From: an uncultured virus (IMG/VR IMGVR_UViG_3300021256_000092)
Lineage: Duplodnaviria > Heunggongvirae > Uroviricota > Caudoviricetes
IMG/VR virus record: IMGVR_UViG_3300021256_000092
Direction: 5' to 3' (one strand)
Length of the DNA stretch: 64,000 nt
Shown here: piece by piece, positions 8,450 through 19,244 of the stretch
Position numbering within the stretch: the stretch's first letter is position 1
Layout of the letters: every line of letters begins with the position of its first letter
The notes under the pieces: generated by a model
Database searches by the model: none
Told to the model about the DNA's origin: nothing
Seen by the model: only the letters and a program-made list of their open reading frames with translations
Made by a program: the position numbers and the translations under genes

Positions 8450-9991
8450 ATGACTTGTGAATTAACAAGCGGGTTATTTATCACAGACCTCACTAAAGAG
8501 CAATGTGATTCAATCAAACAGGATTTAACTTTTGATAATCCCGAATTTTTAAATGCGAAAAGATATTCAAGGATTGACCCTAGATATATAACTATCCCGA
8601 AAACCATAAGTTACTATCATGAAGGAACTTATGAACAGGGCGGTGAAGAGAAAAGATATATTTCCGTTCCGATGGGAGTTGATTTATATAAATATACTGA
8701 TGACATAAAATTCATTGAGTGCCGAAGAACTTTAGATGTAAAATTCCCGCAGTTTCAGCTTGATTTGAGACAGGTACAAGCCGAAGCCGAAAAAGTATAC
8801 CTTGAGAATCAAGGAAACCCTTATAAGCCAAAATCCTTGATTCAGCTACCGACAGGAAAGGGAAAGACTATTCTTGCTTTACATATAGCGAAAACTCTCG
8901 GGCAGAAAACTTTAGTCTTAGTACACAAGAATGACCTTGTGACAGGATGGCAGAAAGATATAAAACAATGCTTTGGTGATGATATAAAGTGCGGGCTGAT
9001 AAAAGCTAAGAGCAGAACAATAGGTGAGCAGATAACTATAGCCACAGTACAGACGTTGAGCAGATTGGGCGAACCTGTGAAGAGAACTTTATTTACGTCT
9101 TTCGGGCTTGTGATTGTAGATGAAGTACATCACATAGGAAGTAATGTGTTTAACATACTTAATGAATTCCAATCAAGATATAAGTTAGGGCTTTCGGCAA
9201 CACCTAAGAGAACTGACGGGAGAAATTATGTCTTTGATTTATTCTTAGGAGGGCTTGCATATAAATATGTGCCTACAAAAGATGATGAGGACATACTTCC
9301 TGTTACTGTTAGGGTGAGAAATTCCCGCGCGAAATATTTACCTTTTTTACATGAGGGAAAAGTTTATAACAGCGCAGATTTTTCGGAGAAAGAACTGCCT
9401 AAGAAAATAAACTATATAGAGGATATGCCCTATAAGAGCAGACCAAAAATTCCTTTTCTTATAATAGATAGCCATTTAGTAGAAAGTCCGAGACACTTGG
9501 TTCAAGTGTGCCATGACATTCTTACTAACTACAGATTGGGGAAGTCCTGTATCGCTTTCTTTACTCAGAAGGAGCATATCAGACAGTACTACAGATACCT
9601 TTCTAGGTATGTGCCAAAAGAAGAGATAATAACCTATTATGGTGATGCCAAAGAAAAAGATGATGCCATGCTTGAAAAAGCGGAGAGCAAGAAAGCATTG
9701 ATAACTTTAGCGACATATAGTAAAGCTACAGAGGGAACTAATGTAAAAGCATGGGAAGTGGGTTTCTTTGTTTCTTCTATTAATAACAGTAAGAATGTAG
9801 AACAGGCTGTCGGAAGAATCCGCAGAAGCAAAGAGGGCAAGAAAGAAGCTATACTCTATGACTACAGATTTAATGATAGCTATTCAGTGAGCAGACATGG
9901 AATCACAAGAGATAAAACCTATAAAGCACTGGGATTTACCATTGAGGGAAAGACTATGAAGAAGGGCTTCTTTAACAGAGGATATATTTGA
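8450..9991 (+). CDS. SF2 DEAD/DEAH-box helicase
   Basis: PTGKGKT, VDEVHH, LSATPKR, QAVGRIRR. Confidence 0.92.
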   Translation: MTCELTSGLFITDLTKEQCDSIKQDLTFDNPEFLNAKRYSRIDPRYITIPKTISYYHEGTYEQGGEEKRYISVPMGVDLYKYTDDIKFIECRRTLDVKFPQFQLDLRQVQAEAEKVYLENQGNPYKPKSLIQLPTGKGKTILALHIAKTLGQKTLVLVHKNDLVTGWQKDIKQCFGDDIKCGLIKAKSRTIGEQITIATVQTLSRLGEPVKRTLFTSFGLVIVDEVHHIGSNVFNILNEFQSRYKLGLSATPKRTDGRNYVFDLFLGGLAYKYVPTKDDEDILPVTVRVRNSRAKYLPFLHEGKVYNSADFSEKELPKKINYIEDMPYKSRPKIPFLIIDSHLVESPRHLVQVCHDILTNYRLGKSCIAFFTQKEHIRQYYRYLSRYVPKEEIITYYGDAKEKDDAMLEKAESKKALITLATYSKATEGTNVKAWEVGFFVSSINNSKNVEQAVGRIRRSKEGKKEAILYDYRFNDSYSVSRHGITRDKTYKALGFTIEGKTMKKGFFNRGYI

Positions 9992-10016
9992 CTCAGATGA
10001 CTAATCGAGTTATTAT
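9988..10016 (+). promoter_or_regulatory. SigmaA-type promoter
   Basis: TTGACT-17-TATTAT. Confidence 0.55.
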
Positions 10017-10050
10017 ATTATAGTGATTTTGTTTCAGAAAGGAGAATCAA

Positions 10051-10521
10051 ATGGCAAAATTATTGAAGAAAAAGACAGTTTATACTGTCGAAATGGCAGA
10101 ACAGATGGCAGTAGAGTATGATGAGATTTCAAGGCACATAAAGATGCTTGAGGAAAAGAAAAAGAAACTTGCCGATTCCATCAAAGAGTGTGCATCAGAG
10201 ATAGGTGTAAAGTCCTCAAATGGAAACTACTATCTTAATACTGAATCCTTTGTAGTCGGAAAAGAGTCTGCTACTTCCACAAAACTCAATCAGGATAGGG
10301 CGCTTGAGTTTGTTAAGAAGAACAAGGCGCTGAAAGATTGTGTGCAGAAGATTGAGGTAGTGAATGAAGCTACTCTTGAAGAGCATTATAAGAACGGAGA
10401 TATTTCAGATGAAGATATGAAGAATCTCTGTGACTATAAGACTACTTTCCGTGTATCTGTTAAGAAGAATGAGGAGATGCCCGAAGTTCAGCAGACTGCG
10501 GCTTCAAGAAAGAAGAGGTAA
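10051..10521 (+). CDS. Hypothetical protein (coiled coil; Gam/gp157-like?)
   Basis: AAGGAG RBS; similarity judged by eye only. Confidence 0.5.
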   Translation: MAKLLKKKTVYTVEMAEQMAVEYDEISRHIKMLEEKKKKLADSIKECASEIGVKSSNGNYYLNTESFVVGKESATSTKLNQDRALEFVKKNKALKDCVQKIEVVNEATLEEHYKNGDISDEDMKNLCDYKTTFRVSVKKNEEMPEVQQTAASRKKR

Positions 10522-10524
10522 GTC

Positions 10525-10896
10525 ATGTTAGATATACCCTACAATTCAAGAAAGCCTGTAGAGTATACAGACGCAAATACAGGATATAAGACGATGCTTT
10601 ATCCTATAGGAGCCTTAGCCATGAGTTTAGGCAGAACTCCGACTACTATCAGAAAATGGGAACTCTTAGGTGTAATACCTAAGACCCCATTCAAAGTAGA
10701 TGGTAGAAGATATTACTCAGAAGAGCAGATTACTATCTGTGAGGAAGTCGCTGAAAAAGTACATTTGAGCGCGGGAAAGACCCATATATCACATACCACT
10801 TTCAAGAGAAAAGTGAGTGATAAGTGGAAAGAACTCTTTATCAAGATATTTGGTAGAGACATTTATGAAAGTGAGGAAAATAATGAAGAAACTTAA
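10525..10896 (+). CDS. MerR-like HTH DNA-binding protein
   Basis: YPIGALAMSLGRTPTTIRKWE...GRRYYS. Confidence 0.75.
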   Translation: MLDIPYNSRKPVEYTDANTGYKTMLYPIGALAMSLGRTPTTIRKWELLGVIPKTPFKVDGRRYYSEEQITICEEVAEKVHLSAGKTHISHTTFKRKVSDKWKELFIKIFGRDIYESEENNEET

Positions 10897-11146
10897 GAAA
10901 TCCGAAGAAGTAGAAAAGGTAGAAGAGACAGTTGCAGAGGTAGTTGCAGAGGAGAATCATGAAGAGATGACCGACATTTCAACAGAATCCCTTACTAAAG
11001 CTGTGAACATCATTTCAAATACATTTGGAATCAGTCAAGGGTATGTTGTGACAGGATTTAAGTCGAACGGACTTAAAGCCACTGTGTCTTTATCTTCTGC
11101 CGATTTTGATGTTTCAGTTACTATTAATAATCTTGATGCATTTTGA
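10883..11146 (+). CDS. Hypothetical protein
   Basis: GAGG RBS before ATG 10883. Confidence 0.55.
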   Translation: MKKLKKSEEVEKVEETVAEVVAEENHEEMTDISTESLTKAVNIISNTFGISQGYVVTGFKSNGLKATVSLSSADFDVSVTINNLDAF

Positions 11147-11161
11147 TGTGAGGTGTGAAAA

Positions 11162-11464
11162 ATGATGAAAGTGAAGAAAGCAAGGGGAACTACAGTTACC
11201 AAGAAAGAGAACAGGGAAGTCACATTAAGTGAGTCAACAGGAATGCCTAATGACCACTACAGAAAACATGCAATGTCTTCTAAGTATGTAGGAGCAAGCA
11301 TCGGTGTCACACTCAACATGGAGAATTACAGTTCTCTCCGAGTTGATGTGTGGGGCACAGAAGAGATAGGTGACTCTGAGACTAGAGAGACAGCATTTTC
11401 AAGATTGTCGGAATCCCTTGATAAGCTGTTGAAAGAGACAGTAGACAAATATCAGGATGCGTAA
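11162..11464 (+). CDS. Hypothetical protein
   Basis: GAGGTG RBS; G.TLNMENYSSLRVDV motif. Confidence 0.6.
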   Translation: MMKVKKARGTTVTKKENREVTLSESTGMPNDHYRKHAMSSKYVGASIGVTLNMENYSSLRVDVWGTEEIGDSETRETAFSRLSESLDKLLKETVDKYQDA

Positions 11465-11512
11465 GTTAAGGAAGTCACTTATGTGACTTCTTTTTGAATT
11501 GGAGGATACAAG

Positions 11513-12049
11513 ATGATAAAGAAGCGCATAGAAGTTGGGAGAGATTTAGTAAAAGAGTTTAGACTACTCAGAGGACAGACTACTTCTAATGAGCCAGTGC
11601 CAAAGAAAGAAGGTAAGCCTAAGAGACAGAGAAGTACACCTTTTGAAAGGTTTCTCATTAAATACCATGATTTAGATAATTATATTGATGGGTTTACTAC
11701 TTCCGACTTTCCTTATTATTTTAGAGCAGTAGCAGAAGAGAATGGGTATAAGTATTTCATATCTTCCGCAAGAGACAATGCAATATTTAAGAAACTCATG
11801 GAGATTTTCACTAACAGAGAAATCTGCGGGATGATAACTTTCCTTTATGAGAGTGAGCAGAACTATTTAAGCAAGGACAGACTTTCTCCTACATTGCTTG
11901 CTAGCAGATGGGTGAATACCATTTATGCCGATTTTAAGTTGTGGCTGAATGGTGAGTATTCCCCGAGAAAGAGTGAGACAAAGAAGAGCAGTACTAGAGG
12001 GGAGTGGAGAGATACAGAATCCACTACAGAAGTTGGAGGAAAGTTATGA
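11513..12049 (+). CDS. Hypothetical protein, possible replication initiator/loader partner
   Basis: GGAGG RBS; translationally coupled to the DnaC-like gene. Confidence 0.45.
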   Translation: MIKKRIEVGRDLVKEFRLLRGQTTSNEPVPKKEGKPKRQRSTPFERFLIKYHDLDNYIDGFTTSDFPYYFRAVAEENGYKYFISSARDNAIFKKLMEIFTNREICGMITFLYESEQNYLSKDRLSPTLLASRWVNTIYADFKLWLNGEYSPRKSETKKSSTRGEWRDTESTTEVGGKL

Positions 12050-12648
12050 GACCAAAGAGAAATTTTATAAACCCGTCAAGTTTAGTGCTTATGGGTGTGC
12101 CTAAGAGCTTTTGTGAATATACATTAGATGATTTTGATACATTCAATGATAGCGGGCTTAAAGAAGTAAAGAAGTTTGTGAGCGACTATATTCAGAATAT
12201 CCATTCCAACCTTAAAAATGGAAGAGGAATCATGTTCATAGGGTCAAATGGTGTGGGAAAGAGTATGCTTTCATGCATCATTTTGAAAGAAGCATACACA
12301 TATAGGTATACGTGTAGAAGAATCACTTTTAGCGCGTATATCCAAGAGTACACTAGGTCATGGAATGTAGACCGAGATGAGAAAGAATCTGCGGAGATAA
12401 ATTTCAATTCTACTTACAGAAGTATTGAACTATTAGTATTAGAAGAGATTGGAAAAGAGATAGACAGTAAGATAGCAAAGCCCATATTGGAAGACCTCTT
12501 AAGATACAGGGAAGAGCATAATCTGAGTACAATCATTTGTTGTAATATAACGCCGAGTGAGTTTGTTGACTTATATGGGAAGAGTATTCAGTCATTAGTC
12601 AACGGAAGTTGCAGTTTAGTCAAGATAGTCTCTGAGGATAGAAGATAA
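12046..12648 (+). CDS. DnaC/IstB-like AAA+ helicase loader
   Basis: Walker A GSNGVGKS; LLVLEEIG; LRYR...TIICCN. Confidence 0.85.
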   Translation: MRPKRNFINPSSLVLMGVPKSFCEYTLDDFDTFNDSGLKEVKKFVSDYIQNIHSNLKNGRGIMFIGSNGVGKSMLSCIILKEAYTYRYTCRRITFSAYIQEYTRSWNVDRDEKESAEINFNSTYRSIELLVLEEIGKEIDSKIAKPILEDLLRYREEHNLSTIICCNITPSEFVDLYGKSIQSLVNGSCSLVKIVSEDRR

Positions 12649-12652
12649 CATT

Positions 12653-13093
12653 ATGATGCATGGGGATATTTCAAACTATAGGTCATTTATTATAGGTTTC
12701 AGAGTAGAAGACAGTTTGCTCCTTTATAAAGAGGGAATCAAAAATTCCCTCATTAATCTTATCAAAGGGAAGAACCATAATGCTACTCTTGATGAGAGAG
12801 TTCTTGGGATAATGAGATACATCTATGAAAGAACCTCTTATACAATAAGTCTAGTGGTGAGTGCCGAGAACTATACAAATGAGATGCAGGATTTTCTTGA
12901 TGATATGCACATACCCTTTAATCAAGTGGGAGTGTTATTGAAGAGTGAATCAGAGGTTACAATGATGCTCAACACAGGAGAATTATCTTACTATGTAGAT
13001 AATAATGAGTCTAGAAGATGTCAGATAAACAGTAAGTTTGCCATGGATATAGACCAATTTAAAAAGGAATTAGGGAATATGTCTACCTTTTGA
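12653..13093 (+). CDS. Hypothetical protein
   Basis: In operon between the loader and DnaB genes. Confidence 0.55.
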   Translation: MMHGDISNYRSFIIGFRVEDSLLLYKEGIKNSLINLIKGKNHNATLDERVLGIMRYIYERTSYTISLVVSAENYTNEMQDFLDDMHIPFNQVGVLLKSESEVTMMLNTGELSYYVDNNESRRCQINSKFAMDIDQFKKELGNMSTF

Positions 13094-13118
13094 CAGCTCC
13101 ATTAATTTAATCTATGCT
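13090..13118 (+). promoter_or_regulatory. SigmaA-type promoter
   Basis: TTGACA-17-TATGCT. Confidence 0.6.
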
Positions 13119-13146
13119 TTTATAGAAATTTTCAATTTAGGGGTGT

Positions 13147-14481
13147 GTGACAATGAATCAACAAAAAGAATACTCCGTAGAAAAAGGATTTATCTCTAAG
13201 ATAATAGAGACTAAGGATTTTAAATCACTGAAAGAACAGCAGATTAAATCCAACTTTTTTACAGGAGAGAACAGAAGAGTATTTAACTTTATTGTAGAGC
13301 AATACACTAAGACAGGAGATATTCCTACTCCAAGGGTACTGCATAAGTTTTTCCCGAACTACTCACTTGAAACCCATATAGTAGATGGTGAAGAAGTAGT
13401 CGGAAATGATGAATCCTTTATGTTTTGGTGTGAGCAGATAAGAATAAAATCCCGCCACAACAGAACTGCGGATTTAATAGAAGATGTAGCAAAGAAATTA
13501 GATGATGGAAAATCAGAAGAAGCCTTTGAAGATTTAAAGAAGGGTGTATGGAACATTCAAGATGATACCACTATAACAAGTGTAGTGGATATTACAAAGA
13601 ATGCGGAAGAAAGAAAAGAAGCATATCTTAAAAAGAAGATGAATAAGGGTATGCTCGGTATTCCAACAGGAATATCCCATTTAGATTACATACTCAAAGG
13701 ACTTGTAGATGAAACACTTACAACATTGATTGCTACTCCGGGCATTGGTAAGACATGGTTTCTTGTATTGGTTGCTAGTTATGTAATGCTTAATAATTAC
13801 AGAGCTAAGGTGTATGTAACTGAGATGAGTTCTGAAATTATGCAAGATAGGTTTGATGCCATGCTTTACTCAATGATGTATGGTGACTTTGACTATGAAG
13901 CTTTCCGAGCAGGAAGATTATCCGCAGAGAAAGAGAAGTCATACTTTAATTTCTTGGAAGAGAAAGCGAAGCTAGAGCCTTTAAAGATAGAGACAGCTAC
14001 GGATGTTTCCTCTATACTTGCAACATTTGACTCTGATAAGCCCGATATTATTTTTGTAGATGGTGCTTATCTTATGGAAGATGACCAAGGGGCTGATAGT
14101 GATTGGCTGAGAGTAACACATATTACTAGAGCCTTAAAGCGTTTAGCAAAGGATAAACATATTCCTGTGTTCATTAATTCACAGGCAGATAAGAGTACAA
14201 GTAAGAAAACAGGACCCGAACTTGAATCAATTTCTTATGCTCAGAGTATAGGACAGGATAGTGATAACATAATTGCATTATACAGAGATGAAGTCATGAG
14301 AAATGACCGAGAGATGGGTATAAAAGTGTTAAAACAGCGTGAGGGAATACTCGGAAGAGTAGTAATCTCATGGGATTTTAAATCTATGAACTTTGATAGT
14401 ATTTATAGTGAATCGCAAAGTGAGGAGAGTAGTGATGAAGAAATTGATAAGGAAACAGAAGGAAGAATCATCAAAGATTGA
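13147..14481 (+). CDS. dnaB: DnaB-like replicative helicase
   Basis: GIPTG, ATPGIGKT, EMS, IFVDGAY, LKRLAK, SIGQDSD, KQREG. Confidence 0.92.
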   Translation: MTMNQQKEYSVEKGFISKIIETKDFKSLKEQQIKSNFFTGENRRVFNFIVEQYTKTGDIPTPRVLHKFFPNYSLETHIVDGEEVVGNDESFMFWCEQIRIKSRHNRTADLIEDVAKKLDDGKSEEAFEDLKKGVWNIQDDTTITSVVDITKNAEERKEAYLKKKMNKGMLGIPTGISHLDYILKGLVDETLTTLIATPGIGKTWFLVLVASYVMLNNYRAKVYVTEMSSEIMQDRFDAMLYSMMYGDFDYEAFRAGRLSAEKEKSYFNFLEEKAKLEPLKIETATDVSSILATFDSDKPDIIFVDGAYLMEDDQGADSDWLRVTHITRALKRLAKDKHIPVFINSQADKSTSKKTGPELESISYAQSIGQDSDNIIALYRDEVMRNDREMGIKVLKQREGILGRVVISWDFKSMNFDSIYSESQSEESSDEEIDKETEGRIIKD

Positions 14482-14641
14482 TAAGTGTTGTAAGAATTGC
14501 CACCACTTTGAACATGGAGCATGTACAGGTGAATTTGCTCATGCTTATGTGCAAAGTGAAGAGGATGGGGAAGAATTTTATTATGAGGTAGACATAGAGA
14601 TAGATGACCCCAATAATGACTATTGCAGTAGGTGGTGCTAA
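14435..14641 (+). CDS. Small Cys-rich hypothetical protein
   Basis: CCKNC...C...YCSRW. Confidence 0.5.
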   Translation: MKKLIRKQKEESSKIDKCCKNCHHFEHGACTGEFAHAYVQSEEDGEEFYYEVDIEIDDPNNDYCSRWC

Positions 14642-15657
14642 TGAGTGTCGTACTTAATGAATCTCAGATAGAAGACTTATTAGTATACTGTGGCTCTTCC
14701 ATTACCCGATGGAAGAGTCACGAAATGACAGTTTGTTGTCCTGTGCATGGTGAATCTCACCCAAGTATGGGTGTTAATTCAGAACTACAATGTTTTAACT
14801 GTTTTGCTTGTGGCGCTCACGGAAATCTTGCTAAGATGCTTTATCTTTCCAAGCCCGATGAGTTTGGGTATGATTCATCAACAAAAGAGACCCAAAGCAG
14901 AACTAGGATAAGTGCTGAGATAAAAGCGTGGAACTTTCTCGCAGAAAGATATGAGTTAGAGTTTAGCAGTACAGGAAAGAAGTCACATTCAATCAGAAGA
15001 TTTGAGGAAGCTAGAAAACCTACTATTAAACTAAGAGAAGAACAGCCACTTTGGAAGATAGCAAGTTATCATTCGGGTTTAGCGACCTACAATTACTTCT
15101 TTAAACGTGGGTTCACCAAAGAAGATATGAAGAACTTTATGATTGGGTATGATGATGTAAATGAGACTATCACCATACCTGTTTTTTATGAGGATGAAGT
15201 TCTTGCGGGAGTGATAGGAAGATATATCAATCCTAACCGATTAAAAAATCAGCGCTATAAAATTTATGACAACTTTAACAGAGGAAGTACTTTGTTTCCT
15301 TTAAACAAGTATTATACAGAAGATGGGAGCATGATTCTAGTTGAAGGTCAGTTCGATGCTATCAGAATGCATTCTTTGGGGTATGACAATACTCTGTCTA
15401 TTATGTCTGATAATATTACTCGGGAGCAGAGAGATTTAATACTCAAATTATGCAACAAGATAATTTACATCGGGGATAATGATGTAAGGGGACTAGAAGC
15501 TAGAGACAAGAACAAAGAATTATTCCGTGGGCTACTTCCATTCTATTATGTTGATTTCCCTGCACATGGAAAAGATGTATGTGATTGGAGCGCAGAAGAG
15601 ATAGAAGAAACCGTAAATAGCGCTCATAGTTTGGCAAACAAGGTAAGTAGAATTTGA
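14641..15657 (+). CDS. dnaG: DNA primase (CHC2 zinc finger + TOPRIM)
   Basis: CPVH...CFAC; ILVEGQFD; GDNDVRG; KDVCD. Confidence 0.92.
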   Translation: MSVVLNESQIEDLLVYCGSSITRWKSHEMTVCCPVHGESHPSMGVNSELQCFNCFACGAHGNLAKMLYLSKPDEFGYDSSTKETQSRTRISAEIKAWNFLAERYELEFSSTGKKSHSIRRFEEARKPTIKLREEQPLWKIASYHSGLATYNYFFKRGFTKEDMKNFMIGYDDVNETITIPVFYEDEVLAGVIGRYINPNRLKNQRYKIYDNFNRGSTLFPLNKYYTEDGSMILVEGQFDAIRMHSLGYDNTLSIMSDNITREQRDLILKLCNKIIYIGDNDVRGLEARDKNKELFRGLLPFYYVDFPAHGKDVCDWSAEEIEETVNSAHSLANKVSRI

Positions 15658-15682
15658 CACCCTATTAAAGTAGTGCTAGTAT
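15654..15682 (+). promoter_or_regulatory. SigmaA-type promoter
   Basis: TTGACA-17-TAGTAT. Confidence 0.55.
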
Positions 15683-15745
15683 TGAAAATACCATAATTTA
15701 TATAGAATTTATGTAAAATCATATTTGAAAGGAGACAAGAGAATT

Positions 15746-16540
15746 ATGGGTAAGATGTTTAAAAAAGGTTTTGATGTGAGCAGAGAAGAGAAAGCAAGAC
15801 AGGAAGCAAGAAAAGAAGCTTCGGTAAAGAGACTTTTTGAGTTTTTCCTTAGTAAAGATGGTGATGAAGCCGATGTGGTATTCCTTACTTCCGAGCCGAT
15901 TAACTTTCAGAAACACACAGTACAGGAAACAGTTAATGGAAAGACGAGATACCGTAGCTATACATGTACACAGGATGATGAGTGTCCTTTCTGTGCAGAC
16001 GGTCAGAACAGTACTTATTGCGGAGCATTTCTCATTTGGGATAAAAGACCTTATGAGTATACTGATAAAGACGGAAACAAAAAGAAGAACACAAAGGGAA
16101 GTATCAGAATGTATACTCCGGGCATCAGAGTGGTGTCACAGCTTGACCGCCTTAATACCAAGTACGGAATTGCTAACAGAAACATCACCATTGTGCGCAT
16201 AGGAACAGGTACTTCCACAACCTACACTCTTGAGCGTGGTGATAAAGAGAAAATCACTACTGAGCAGATTAAGGAATTACTTCCCGAGAAGCTCAGAGAC
16301 TCTTTTGACGGAACAGAAGATTCACTCTATGACATCGTTGGAGAGCAGGTTGAGATGGGAGTGAAGAATTATAATCCCTCTGATTCAGATTCCGGTGAAG
16401 ATGAGACCGAAGACAAAGACTATGATACAGGAGTAATGGGTATGGATGAAGAAGAAGAAGAGAAGCCTAAGAAGAAAGGTCTCTTTAAGAAAACCAAACC
16501 TCAGAACAGCGCAAAGAAGAGCATATTCAGAGACAAATAA
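15746..16540 (+). CDS. Single-stranded DNA-binding protein (gp32-like, Zn-binding)
   Basis: H...C....CPFC; R.GTG..T.Y; acidic tail; position in replication module. Confidence 0.7.
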   Translation: MGKMFKKGFDVSREEKARQEARKEASVKRLFEFFLSKDGDEADVVFLTSEPINFQKHTVQETVNGKTRYRSYTCTQDDECPFCADGQNSTYCGAFLIWDKRPYEYTDKDGNKKKNTKGSIRMYTPGIRVVSQLDRLNTKYGIANRNITIVRIGTGTSTTYTLERGDKEKITTEQIKELLPEKLRDSFDGTEDSLYDIVGEQVEMGVKNYNPSDSDSGEDETEDKDYDTGVMGMDEEEEEKPKKKGLFKKTKPQNSAKKSIFRDK

Positions 16541-16556
16541 ACAGGAGGAATAATCT

Positions 16557-16832
16557 ATGATTTACTTAGAGGATTTTGCAAAAGCATATGCAAAGAAGAG
16601 AGCTGTCACAAAGGTTGAAGCCATGTCTATGATAAAGGACTTCATCAATCTTCTTGAAGAGAAAGTCGATGAAGAAGGTGGTGTATGCTTCAAGGGTGAG
16701 TTCGCAATCGAGAAGAAAAAGCGTAATAGCAGAAGAGTTGTTTGGGAAGGTAAAGAGTATCAGTCCAAGGAAAGAAATGTTGCGAAGTTCAGATGCGGAA
16801 AGAATTTTGAGAATCTGCTGAACAAGGCTTAA
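16557..16832 (+). CDS. HU/IHF-like DNA-binding protein
   Basis: 91 aa; V.FKGEFAIEKKKRNSR...AKFRCGK. Confidence 0.8.
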   Translation: MIYLEDFAKAYAKKRAVTKVEAMSMIKDFINLLEEKVDEEGGVCFKGEFAIEKKKRNSRRVVWEGKEYQSKERNVAKFRCGKNFENLLNKA

Positions 16833-16909
16833 GAGTGCTAATTTGCGGTCTTTAGAGAAGTAGTCTATACTATTTGTGTAGACTACTTTTTAATTAAGGA
16901 GAATGTGTT

Positions 16910-19237
16910 GTGAAATTTAAAACAGTAAAAATGGTGCGCAGATTTAAACCTAGAATGCTTAAGATAATTGCACCTAGATATACATTTAGGGGCAATTTTC
17001 CTTATCAGCCCGAAATGCTTGATTATGAGATAGTTGATACGGTTGAAAGTTTGAAAGAACTATCAAGAAAAATGCGGGATGTAAAAGCCTTTGCATTTGA
17101 TACCGAGACTAATTCATTGGAAGCTAGGAGTGATAATGATTCCTTTAAATGTGTCTGTGTGACTATATCATGGGGAGAGTATGATAACTACTACATACCA
17201 TTGAACCATGACAGAGATGAGGACATAGACAGAAACATACCTTTACCTTATTTCTTGAGGTATATGAAGCCTGTGTTTGAAAATCCTTATGTTCTGTTAA
17301 TAGGGCATAACCTAAAGTTTGATGAACACGTACTTACAAGATTGGGGCTTAGATTTATTACTAATAACTATTTTGACACGATGCTTGCATCATGGCTGTG
17401 TGATGAGAACTCGCCTAATGGCTTGAAAGAGAATGCGCAAGAGAGAATGGGTATCTCCGCAGAGCATTTCAAAGAGGTTGTCGATACAGTTCCCAGTGCT
17501 GTAAAGAAAGCATTCGGATTGAAAGCTAATGCGAAAGCTACATACAATCTAGTGCGTATTGACGATGGTGCTCCTTATGCCCTTGCCGATTCCTTTAATA
17601 CCTTTATGTTGTATCTAGGGTATGTTAAAGAACTTGAAGATTTGGGACTTACATCTATCTATAATAAAATGTATATTCCATTCCTAAAAGTCCTGTATGA
17701 AATGGAAGAGAGGGGTGTAGTAGTAAATCGAGATAAGCTAGAGAGTATGGGTGAGTCCATGCAGAAAGATATGGATGACCTAAAGTACAAAATTTATGCC
17801 CTGTCGGGTATTGAGTTTAATATAGGCTCTTCTCAGCAGAAAGCAGAAATACTTTTCGGGTATAGAAAGCCCGACAAGTTATTTAAAGACATGAAAGAGG
17901 GGTCTAAATCTCAGATTAAGTTCATAGAGAACTTCAAGAAAAATAATGGCGGAAGATACCCTAAACCAAATGAGGTAGTAACCAAGAGTAGCCCAAATGA
18001 AAACATCATAGCAAAATCATTCGGATTCAAGATAAATGCATATACAGATTCGGGAGCACCCGCTACTGACAGTGATGCCATTTGGAGAATATCACGCCTA
18101 ACTTATGTGAATAAGCGCAAAAAAGACGGTGTGAAGATGTGTGAGTACTTATTACAGTATGCAAAGTTGGAGAAGCTAAAGACAGCCTTTGTAGACGGAA
18201 TACTTGATAAGATAGACCAAACAGAGAGAGTGCATCCGTCATTCAATCAGATTGGTACTGATTCGGGCAGACTTTCCTGTTCATCCCCGAACCTGCAACA
18301 GCTACCAAAAGCAGGTGAAGAAGACAACTATCAGATACGAGATGTGTTCATAGGTTCTCTGTACGTGAAGTCATTAGAGACAGGAAAGTGTTATGACAAT
18401 GAAGAAAAGCTGAGAGAGGAAGAACCTGATTCAGATTTTGAGGTAAAGAGAAAGAAAATCCTTACACTTGACTACCACAATCTTGAAATGGTGTGCTTAA
18501 CCTATTTCAGCAAGGACAAGAATCTGAGTACCATGTTTGCGAATGATGATGATGCTCATGGAAGTACTGCCGTAAATATGTTTAATCTTGATTGCACACC
18601 TGTAGAGTGTAAGAAGAAATATCCTCATCTGAGACAGGCGGCTAAGACAATAAATTTTATGCTCATGTATGGTGGTGGTGCTAGAACTTTATATGAAAAC
18701 CTTAAAGCCGACCATTCCAACCCGCTTGATTTGGGCGAAGAAAAATACCTTAAAGAGTACAAGTGTAAAGATGGTGTTGAAGTCGCACAGAAGTTTATCG
18801 ACAAGTACTTTGAATCATATAGTGGAGTCGCTAAATTCATCTCCAATCAGAAGAGGTACGCCCACAAGCATAAATATGTGTACACAATACTCGGGCGCAA
18901 GAGAAGACTTCCTAACATCAATAGTTCTGATGGCGCTGAGAGAAGTTACTCTGAAAGACTTTCTGTAAATAGTGCCGTACAAGGAACTGCGGCTGATATA
19001 ACAGTAAATGCACAGTTAAGAATATCAAGAGAAGAACGGCTGAAAGAAATGCTCTGCTATATGCTCATTCAGATACATGATGAAATCTGTTTGGAAGTTC
19101 CCGAAGAGCATCTTGAGGAAGCAATAAAGATAATCAAGTATGATATGGAGCATCCATTCGGAGATTCAGAAAGTAGAAGAGTGCCTTATCTCAGAGCAGA
19201 TGAAGGGTCCGGAGACAGTTACCAAGAAGCAAAATAA
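16910..19237 (+). CDS. polA: Family A DNA polymerase with 3'-5' exonuclease
   Basis: FDTET, HNLKFD, YALAD; SGRLSCSSPNLQQ; DYHNLE; RQAAKTINF..MYG; QGTAAD; QIHDE. Confidence 0.95.
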   Translation: MKFKTVKMVRRFKPRMLKIIAPRYTFRGNFPYQPEMLDYEIVDTVESLKELSRKMRDVKAFAFDTETNSLEARSDNDSFKCVCVTISWGEYDNYYIPLNHDRDEDIDRNIPLPYFLRYMKPVFENPYVLLIGHNLKFDEHVLTRLGLRFITNNYFDTMLASWLCDENSPNGLKENAQERMGISAEHFKEVVDTVPSAVKKAFGLKANAKATYNLVRIDDGAPYALADSFNTFMLYLGYVKELEDLGLTSIYNKMYIPFLKVLYEMEERGVVVNRDKLESMGESMQKDMDDLKYKIYALSGIEFNIGSSQQKAEILFGYRKPDKLFKDMKEGSKSQIKFIENFKKNNGGRYPKPNEVVTKSSPNENIIAKSFGFKINAYTDSGAPATDSDAIWRISRLTYVNKRKKDGVKMCEYLLQYAKLEKLKTAFVDGILDKIDQTERVHPSFNQIGTDSGRLSCSSPNLQQLPKAGEEDNYQIRDVFIGSLYVKSLETGKCYDNEEKLREEEPDSDFEVKRKKILTLDYHNLEMVCLTYFSKDKNLSTMFANDDDAHGSTAVNMFNLDCTPVECKKKYPHLRQAAKTINFMLMYGGGARTLYENLKADHSNPLDLGEEKYLKEYKCKDGVEVAQKFIDKYFESYSGVAKFISNQKRYAHKHKYVYTILGRKRRLPNINSSDGAERSYSERLSVNSAVQGTAADITVNAQLRISREERLKEMLCYMLIQIHDEICLEVPEEHLEEAIKIIKYDMEHPFGDSESRRVPYLRADEGSGDSYQEAK

Positions 19238-19244
19238 TAATGAT

